Below are positions 57,013 through 64,000 of a DNA stretch of 64,000 bases, piece after piece. Source of the DNA: Blastocladiella emersonii ATCC 22665. Lineage: Eukaryota > Fungi > Blastocladiomycota. Below the pieces are notes generated by a model that saw only the letters and a list, made by a program, of their open reading frames with translations, was not told the origin of the DNA and ran no database searches. Both the position numbers and the translations under genes were made by a program. The stretch's first letter is position 1. Each line of letters starts with the position of its first letter. The stretch covers positions 434,001 through 498,000 of the forward strand of contig JANHCV010000007.1 in assembly GCA_025594325.1 (NCBI GenBank). Reading direction: 5' to 3'.

Positions 57013-57642
57013 TCAGCAGCAGATCGCAAGACACATCCAGCAATCCCGATCGCGCTTCATCTCCTCCTTCTCGCGCTCCGCGCGCTTGAGTTCCTCCTCG
57101 AACTTCTTGGCCTCCGCCGCCTTCTCCTTGGCGCGCGCCGCGTCCTCGCTGCCCGCATCCAGCGTCGGGGTCCACACGAGCGCCCCACCGCTCGTCTCGT
57201 ACGCCCACCCGTACACGCGCGCGTTGGCCTGGGTGCGGCCGGCCACGATCGCCTTCTGCTCGTCGGGCGAGACCACGAGCGGCGCGGGGGACGCGGGGCC
57301 CGGGATCGCGGCGGACGTGCTGGGCGAGGTGAAGTGGATGGTCGCGAGGCAGTTGGGCGCGGACGTGGCCGGCATACCGGCGCCGGGTTGCGCGGCGACG
57401 ACGCGCGAGTCGAACAGCGCCAGCGTGACGGCGTCCGAGGCGGGGTCCGAGGTCACCCAGATGTCGAGCGCGGCGATCGGGACCACGGCGAGTTCTGGGA
57501 ACACGAGCAGGAGAGAGGAGAAGCACGGGATCGACGGGCGGCCGAGCGCGAGGGTCGCGGGGCCCGCGGAGGTCAGGGTCGTGGCCGAGGCGGAACCGGG
57601 CGGGTACACCGGAGCGTCGAGCTGGGATTTCTTGGTGTCCAT
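57013..57642 (-). CDS. Unknown 209-aa protein with charged helix and Cys-rich C-terminus
   Basis: ATG in CTTCTTGGTGTCCAT context; upstream TATAAA at 57708-57713 (minus); ends KRDRDCWMCLAICC*. Confidence 0.65.
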   Translation of the reverse strand: MDTKKSQLDAPVYPPGSASATTLTSAGPATLALGRPSIPCFSSLLLVFPELAVVPIAALDIWVTSDPASDAVTLALFDSRVVAAQPGAGMPATSAPNCLATIHFTSPSTSAAIPGPASPAPLVVSPDEQKAIVAGRTQANARVYGWAYETSGGALVWTPTLDAGSEDAARAKEKAAEAKKFEEELKRAEREKEEMKRDRDCWMCLAICC

Positions 57643-57892
57643 GGTGGGCTGCTTCTTGGCTTACGTTGTGTGTGAGTGACGAGAGAGCGCGGCGGGCAAG
57701 AGCGAACTTTATAGGGCCCGGCGAGCGAGGCCCACCAGACGGACGCTGGCCGCGGCCACACGGACGCTGCCGCAGGATCGGCTGCGTTCCCTGGCTCCGG
57801 CACCCTCCTGACCACGGGGGTCAGTTGGTCATGCGCGCGTGGGGCATTTGAACGAGGCGCGGTCCGTGCTGCTAAGGAGCTAAACCCGGAAT

Positions 57893-58801
57893 CTATTCAG
57901 TGCGGCGGAGCCAATCCGCAACAATCTGCACAAACTCGGCCGGCCTCTCCGCGTGCGGCCAGTGCCCGGCGCCCTCCATACTCGCCACCTCGGCGTTCGG
58001 GAACAGCGCGTGGAGCTCGGGCAGGTGCGTGTCGGGGATGTACCCGGACCGGGTCCCGCGCACAAACAGCGCGGGCTGGGTGTAGACCGGTCCCTCCCCC
58101 AAAGAGTAGTTCCACATGGTCGGCATAAACGCGGCGATCGCCGGCAAATTGATCCGGAACCGGAGCTCGCCGTCGGGCGTGGCGACGAGGTTGGTGAGGA
58201 GGAACATGCGGATCGACTCGTCGGGGACGTGTTCCGCCAGAAAATCCTGGGCCGCGCGGCGCCGCGTGAGCCGCATGTCGTCGAGCTGCCGCATCAGGTC
58301 GAGGTACCGCGCGAACGTGTTGGCGCCGTTGGGCGCGGCGACCGGGGACACGTCCACGATCACGAGGCGCGGGAACTTGGCTGGGTGTGCGACGGCGGCC
58401 GACATGGCGACGCGGCCGCCCATCGAGTGCCCGACGAGCACGGATTGGGAGACAGCGAGTTCGGGCAGAAGCGCGGCAACGTCGCCCGCCATCTCCCCAT
58501 AACCCATGCGCGGGACGTGCGGCGACGCGCCGTGGTTGCGCAGGTCGACGGGGACGACGGCGTGGCCTGACGCCGAGGCGAGCGATTTGGCCACGCCGCG
58601 CCAGTTCTGCTTGGACCCGAATAGCCCGGGGAGGACGACGAGCGGGTCCGGCTTGCGCGGGATACCCGAGTCGGCCGCGGGCTCGTGCACCGCGTGCGAC
58701 AACGGGACCACCACCGCCGTCGCCAGACCACGGCGGGCGGTCGCGGCGGACGTTGCACCGACTAGAGCGCGGCGCAGGGCGTGCGCGGTTGCTGCATGCA
58801 T
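57893..58801 (-). CDS. Alpha/beta hydrolase, ABHD11/Imo32-like, probable mitochondrial presequence
   Basis: LPGLFGSKQNW, DLRNHG.SP, GHSMGG nucleophile, GAGHWPHAERP; R/A-rich N-terminus. Confidence 0.88.
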   Translation of the reverse strand: MHAATAHALRRALVGATSAATARRGLATAVVVPLSHAVHEPAADSGIPRKPDPLVVLPGLFGSKQNWRGVAKSLASASGHAVVPVDLRNHGASPHVPRMGYGEMAGDVAALLPELAVSQSVLVGHSMGGRVAMSAAVAHPAKFPRLVIVDVSPVAAPNGANTFARYLDLMRQLDDMRLTRRRAAQDFLAEHVPDESIRMFLLTNLVATPDGELRFRINLPAIAAFMPTMWNYSLGEGPVYTQPALFVRGTRSGYIPDTHLPELHALFPNAEVASMEGAGHWPHAERPAEFVQIVADWLRRTE

Positions 58802-59140
58802 GGTTTTCGAGGGGCGAGCAAGGAGAACAGGGGCGGGGATGGGCGGAGGCGGCACGTGACGGGTTTCAGGCGCGTTGCGTTGCGAGGCGTTCCCGTTGTG
58901 CCCGTCTCGCGGCTCTCCCTTCGTCCTCTTGAAGTTGAACGGAGACGCGCGCGCGCCGGGCATCGGAACTCGGTGCGTCCCGCCGTGATCGCCGCTGTGG
59001 CGCGCCGAACGGATGCATCGCCCCATGGATCGCTGCTGCTCGGCGTCGCGCCACGGCCGCGCGCGCTACCGCCATGTATACTCGACTCGGATCACCGACA
59101 CCTCATCCCCACAACGTGTAGCTCTCCACCCCCAACCATC

Positions 59141-60510
59141 ATGAACGGACCCATCAAAGGCGTCCTCGCATTGCTCGCGCTCCTCGCCGCCGCGCTCGCC
59201 GTTGCCGCGGGCGTGTACTGGCCGTTCGTGTCTCGGACGTACGACCTAGCGTTCCCCGCGTCCTGGCCCGAGCACTCTACCACAAACCTCGCCAAGCGGT
59301 GCACGACCCTCGACAAGTCGCTGTACGGGTGCGAGGACGTGGTCGTGCACGGCGACTACGCGTACCTGGCGTGCTCGTCGCAGGAAGCGCGCGCGGCGTG
59401 GTTCCCGGCCGTCGGGCACCGCGACGCGGCCGCCAAGGTGCCCGCCGACAAGTTCTACGTGTACGACTTTGCGGAAAAGGAGCTCAAGCCCGTCAAGGTG
59501 CTCGGCACCCCCGGGATCGGCGCGGGTCTGTCGCTGCACGGGCTCGCGGTGCACGACGGGCTCAAGCCGAACAAGGTGGTCGTCGCGGCCGTCAACCACC
59601 GGCGCGCCGGCGGGTCGTGCGTCGAGCTGTTCGACCACCGCACGGGCACCGACGAGCTGATCCACTTCGAGACGGTGTGCGACCCGCTCATCTACAACCC
59701 CAACGATATCGCCATGGTGTCGCGCCGGTCCTTTTACGTGACCAACTTCTTGTCCAAGGATGCGGACGCCAAGCAGGCGCAGCGCGAGGCCATGTTCCGG
59801 TCAGCCACCTCCAACATCGTGTTCCGCGGCGAGGACGGCAAGGTGACGGTCGTCCGCGAGGGGCTCGCGGGTGCCAACGGGATTGCGCTGTCCCCGAACA
59901 AGCAGCAGCTGTACCTCGCCGAGTCGACCAGGTACGTTTTCTCCTCTTTTCGGTGCGCCCGCCCCTCGCTCACTCTCCCCCCACGTGCGTGTGTAGCGGC
60001 GAGCTCTCGATCTGGGACATCCAGGCCGACCACTCGCTGCGGCTGTCGGGCCCGAAACTCGTGGCGCCCACGCCGCTCGACAACATCAACGTGATCCCGG
60101 AGACGGGCGCCATCGTCCTCGGCGCGCCCGCGTCGACGTGGGCCTACTACCGCGCGAGCCAGGCCAAGTTCGCCTACTCGAACGCCAAGAAGCCCGCTGG
60201 CGGGTCCACGAAGGGCGGTAAGGCCGCGTCCGCTGCGCCCGTCGGTCCGCCCGTCCCATCGGCCGTCCTCCTCGTCACCAACGCCACCTCCAACGCCGAG
60301 AAATTCTACGGCCAGCGGTACCGCATCGACCCCGTGATTGTGGATCCCGAGGGCTCGTTCCTGTACGCGCTGTCGGCGGCCGCCGTCCACTGGCCGTCCA
60401 AGAAGGCGCTCCTCGGCGGGCCCTTCATGCGCAGCGTCGCGATTTGTGACTGGCCCGAGCAGGTGCCCACCGCGGGCGCGAGTGAGAAGAGCAAGAAGGC
60501 GAGCAAGTAG
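59141..60510 (+). CDS. Paraoxonase/arylesterase-like six-bladed beta-propeller with N-terminal signal anchor; intron 59932-59996
   Basis: GCEDV, LHGLAV, VELF, NPNDI..FYVTN, ANGIALSP..LYLAE, LDNINV. Confidence 0.85.
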
Positions 60511-60819
60511 CTTCCGAGAGAAGGGAGGCGGAGGAGATGTATACCTGTATACGATCCCGATTACCTGCGTGCGCGTGGTGGTGGTGGCCAGGGCCGCGTG
60601 ATCCTGAAACGCGACGCGTTGCGTGTCTCGCACACGCGCCGCTGCGGCCGCGACGGCCATCGGCACCGTGGGACTCTTCATGCATCCGTTCGATTGTCCC
60701 TGCAGGGATCCGCCTCGCTTCTCCCACGCCGCCGTGCGTGCGCGCAGCGATGAGGTCAGCAGCTACGGCATGAATCCCGCGAGCGGAGCAACCGCAGCTC
60801 CCCCTCCTCCCTTCGCGCC

Positions 60820-62283
60820 ATGAATCCATTGCTACGCCTCGACACGCTACCGAGCGACATCCTGCTGCACCTGCGCCGCTTCTTCCCCGCGGCCGACGCG
60901 CTGCACCTGAAGCTCGCGACGCGGGACCTCTCCGCGCTCATCCCGCTTTCCGGGTACTACCCGCGCACGCACCTGCGGTTCCTCGCGCGCACCGATCCCG
61001 CGTCAACGCGCGCCGACGAACCCTTGCTGCTCTCCCTCGTCACGTCGCCGAAGTCCGACCCGGCCGCACACCACAACTGGGCGCTCCGCGCCGCGTGCGC
61101 GCAGGGGTTCGCGCGGCTCGCGCAGGTCCTGGTCCGCGACCCGCGCGTGCGGTCGGCCCCCGACACCCCGCTCGCGTGGGTCCTGCACGCATCCGTCGCG
61201 CACCCGGGTGTCCTGGCCGCGGTGCTGGGGGACGTCCCGGACCCGACGGCGGGGCACCACCGCGCGATGCGCGCGGCCGCCGAGCAAGGGAGTGTCGCCG
61301 CGGTCCAGGTCCTGATGCGCCACCCGCTGACCACGCTCGCGCCGCCCGGGCACGCGGCGGTCGGGATCGCGGCGCAGCATGGGCATTTGGCGCTCGTCGA
61401 GTTTTTGCTGGGGCTCGGGAGCGACGAGGTGAACGTCGAGGCCGACGACCAGTACGCGGTGCGGTGGGCCGCGCGCAACGGGCACACGGCCGTCGTGCGG
61501 CGGCTGTTGCGCGAGCCCGGCGTCGATCCGGCCGGGCACAACAACTACGCGGTCCGGTGGGCTGCGCGGAACGGGCACGCGGACGTCGTCTCGCTGCTTT
61601 TGGCGGAGGAAATCGACCCGAGCGCCGACGACAACGCGGCACTGACATGGTCCATCGCCGGCGGGCACCTCGGGATCGCGCGCGCGCTCCTCGCGGACCC
61701 GCGCACCGACCTCGCGCGCGGCGACTACGCCGCGCTCGTGTGGGCGGCCGCCGAGGGCCACGCGTGGCTCGTCGCGCACCACCTCGCCACCCTGCCCAAC
61801 CTCCCAACCTCCGCCGTCGAGGCCGCGCTGACCGAATCCGCGCGCGCAGGGCACCGCGATATCCTGCGCACCCTGCTGGCCTCGCCGCTGATCGCCACGT
61901 CGCCCGTCGTCATGCACGTCCTCCGCGTCGCGTGCCGGTACGCGCAGTGGGCGAGCGCCGAGGAGATCGTGGCGCACACGACTGTGGATCCGTCGGCGGA
62001 CCGTAACTTTTTGCTCGTGTACGCGGTCCAGGGCCGCGCGGCCGGGCTGGTTCGCGCGATTCGGGAGAGTCCGCGGTGGACGCCCATGGACCCGGCCGGG
62101 GTGCGGGTGTTGATCCAGCAGGCGAAAACGGCGGGAGCTGGGCCCGAGGTGTTGGTGGAGCTGTACGCGGTGCTCGAGGACGCGGTCAAGCGGTACGGCG
62201 ACGCGGGGCTGGCGGCGGTCGTGGCCCCGGGCGTCGCGCGGATGGCCGTCGGTGCAGAGGCGCCACGGCGGCCGGGAGTCTAG
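60820..62283 (+). CDS. F-box-like plus ankyrin-repeat protein
   Basis: LDTLPSDILLHLRRFF; repeats NYAVRWAARNGHADVVSLLL and DPSADDNAAL. Confidence 0.85.
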   Translation: MNPLLRLDTLPSDILLHLRRFFPAADALHLKLATRDLSALIPLSGYYPRTHLRFLARTDPASTRADEPLLLSLVTSPKSDPAAHHNWALRAACAQGFARLAQVLVRDPRVRSAPDTPLAWVLHASVAHPGVLAAVLGDVPDPTAGHHRAMRAAAEQGSVAAVQVLMRHPLTTLAPPGHAAVGIAAQHGHLALVEFLLGLGSDEVNVEADDQYAVRWAARNGHTAVVRRLLREPGVDPAGHNNYAVRWAARNGHADVVSLLLAEEIDPSADDNAALTWSIAGGHLGIARALLADPRTDLARGDYAALVWAAAEGHAWLVAHHLATLPNLPTSAVEAALTESARAGHRDILRTLLASPLIATSPVVMHVLRVACRYAQWASAEEIVAHTTVDPSADRNFLLVYAVQGRAAGLVRAIRESPRWTPMDPAGVRVLIQQAKTAGAGPEVLVELYAVLEDAVKRYGDAGLAAVVAPGVARMAVGAEAPRRPGV

Positions 62284-62318
62284 TCTCGTCCGCAGCAGTT
62301 GTATTGAAATAAAAGTCA

Positions 62319-64000
62319 TCAGTGCTCCGTCTGCGCGTGCTCCGCCGTCGCCCCGCTCGTCGTCGCAGTCGCCAGCACACTCGTCCCGACGACAGCGCCC
62401 ACACGCGTCGGCGCAGGACTCCCTCCACCCCCGCCCGCATGTCCGCCGTACAGCCCCGCAAACGACTGTCCGCGGTTCGCGAGCGCGTACGCGAGCGCGT
62501 CGGCCCACATGCCCGCGTCGGCGGGGGTCGCGGCCATCAGCTCGTACTGGTGGCCGTCCGTCAGCGCGATGGTGAAGGCCACGGTGGCGAGGTCGACGGG
62601 CGCGTCGGTATCGGCGCCGGCGGCGGAGGAGGGTGAGGGGGGAGACGGAGGGGTGATCTTGGCCAGCTCGTCGATGCATAGCACGTTGCCAGTGTCCGAG
62701 ACGTCCGCCTACACACACGCCGGGGTTAGCTTGACGTCGTTCTTGCGGATGCGGCATTCGTACCGAGTCGAGCGGCTCGAGCACGACCAGCCCCTGCTGC
62801 GGGTACACGAGGAACCGCGCCGCCTTCCACGCCGCGCGCCACATGAGCCGCGCGGTGCGCGAGTGCCGGTAGCTGAGCACGCCCTCTTTCACGTACGCGA
62901 GCGGCGGCGGGACTTTGGCGGGGGTGCTACCGGTGCTCTCGCTCGACTGCGTCATCGACGCCTTCCCACCGGCGCCCTTGGTCGAAGCGCCGCGGGTCTG
63001 CGAGTCCTCACCGCCAAACGAACCGCCCGTCCGCGCCTCGCTCCCACCCCCCGCGCGGCTCCCGCTGCGCTTCCCCGGCTCCGGCAACCCGCGGACCGTG
63101 CGGACGCCCGCGGCGACGAGCGGCGCGAGCAGCGTCGCGACGAGGGTCCCCGTGGCGAGCATCGTGCCCATGGCGAGGATCGCGTACTGGAGCGGCTGGC
63201 CGAGCGTGTTGAGGTAGACGAGCGGCGGCGCGACGAGCGCGATGAGGGCCAGGTTGTACGTGCAGAAACCGAGCCCTTTCGCCTCGGGGAACTGCGCCGC
63301 CGAGGCTTTGCGGGTTTTGACGGCCAGGTACAGCAGGAACGCGAGCTGTGCTCCCCCAAAAACGAACAGGATGGCGAGCATCGCGGTTTCGAATGCGGGG
63401 GATCGCGACGCGCACGCCGTGTATCGCGAAAGCGTCTGCGGCACGTCCGCGGGGACGCGCGGGTCGACGGCCGTCCAGACCGCGAGAACGGCGGCGGTGG
63501 TCCCGATGGACGCGGCGCGGAACATCATCCGCATGCGCGCGGGGACCGCGTTGATCGCGAGCCGCCGCGCGAGCGGGTTGCGGTGCAGCATGTACACGTG
63601 GAACAGGTTCATCCCCATGGCGTTGAACACGGTCGACGCCGCGAGCCCGGTCACCCACGGCTGCACGATGCACTGGAACGGCGTCGGCACACCGACGTAC
63701 ACCGCGGGCACAAAGTACGCGAGGAACGCGCCCGCCAGCATCTGCGCCGCGAGCGACGGGCACGACGACAGCGTGCGGCGCCACCGGGTCGGGTCCGACT
63801 TTGTGCGCAGGTGCGACGCGAGCGCGTAGAGCGCGAACAGGACGATGGTCAGCTGCCCGAGCGCCGCGAGGACCAGCATCACGAGCCCGACGGCGTCCGT
63901 CGCCTGCACGTTGGTCGGCAACCCCAGAAGGTCGATGGCCATGACCTGCGCGATCACCGAGTTGATGGTCGCTAGCATCTCCTCCTCGGTCACCTGCCCG
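62319..64000 (-). CDS. Class C GPCR with C-terminal PH-like domain; 5'-partial; intron 62709-62763
   Basis: CIVQPWVTG, AVKTRKASAAQFPEAKGLGFCTYN; tail VKEGVLSYRH..WKAARFLV..AFTIAL..QYELMA..AGMWADALAYAL. Confidence 0.85.

Noticed and set aside
61003-62700. 996-aa ORF implying a very long GPCR tail
   Set aside because: Read-through of intron 62709-62763; the remainder is antisense to the ankyrin gene.
1-64000. tRNA, rRNA or telomeric arrays
   Set aside because: None recognised by eye; the isolated TTAGGG at ~25649 is not an array.

Overview
GC-rich eukaryotic DNA with short spliceosomal introns (mostly GTACGY donors). The gene content (DHCR7, class C GPCRs, MetR-type bZIP, Avo2-like ankyrin proteins) suggests an early-diverging zoosporic fungus, probably Blastocladiomycota; this is inference. 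Gene models were spliced and translated by eye, and family calls come from recognised motifs, not database searches. Conserved blocks: 1-10.4 kb (class C GPCR with PH-like tail, bZIP, tail-anchored protein, CAMKK kinase), 35-39.7 kb (DHCR7, prolyl oligopeptidase) and 49.4-64 kb (URB1, mitoferrin, ABHD11-like hydrolase, paraoxonase-like protein, F-box/ankyrin protein, second GPCR with PH-like tail). Two high-turnover islands lie between them. The first (11-35 kb) holds a tandem array of at least five DUF4470-like paralogs (one intact, one with a broken splice acceptor, the rest decayed, chimeric or split around an inverted ankyrin gene), plus LRR/ankyrin and orphan pseudogenes. The second (39.8-49.3 kb) holds a CACTA/Plavaka-like remnant, a captured inverted copy of part of the neighbouring oligopeptidase gene, a plant-type LRR membrane protein with one repeat per exon, a coiled-coil gene and a divergent PWP1. 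These genes are separated by a ~60-bp hairpin-forming repeat that recurs every 1.8-2.1 kb, one gene per interval. That repeat-gene array, the DUF4470 array and the GPCR-PH fusions are the strongest candidates for undescribed biology.
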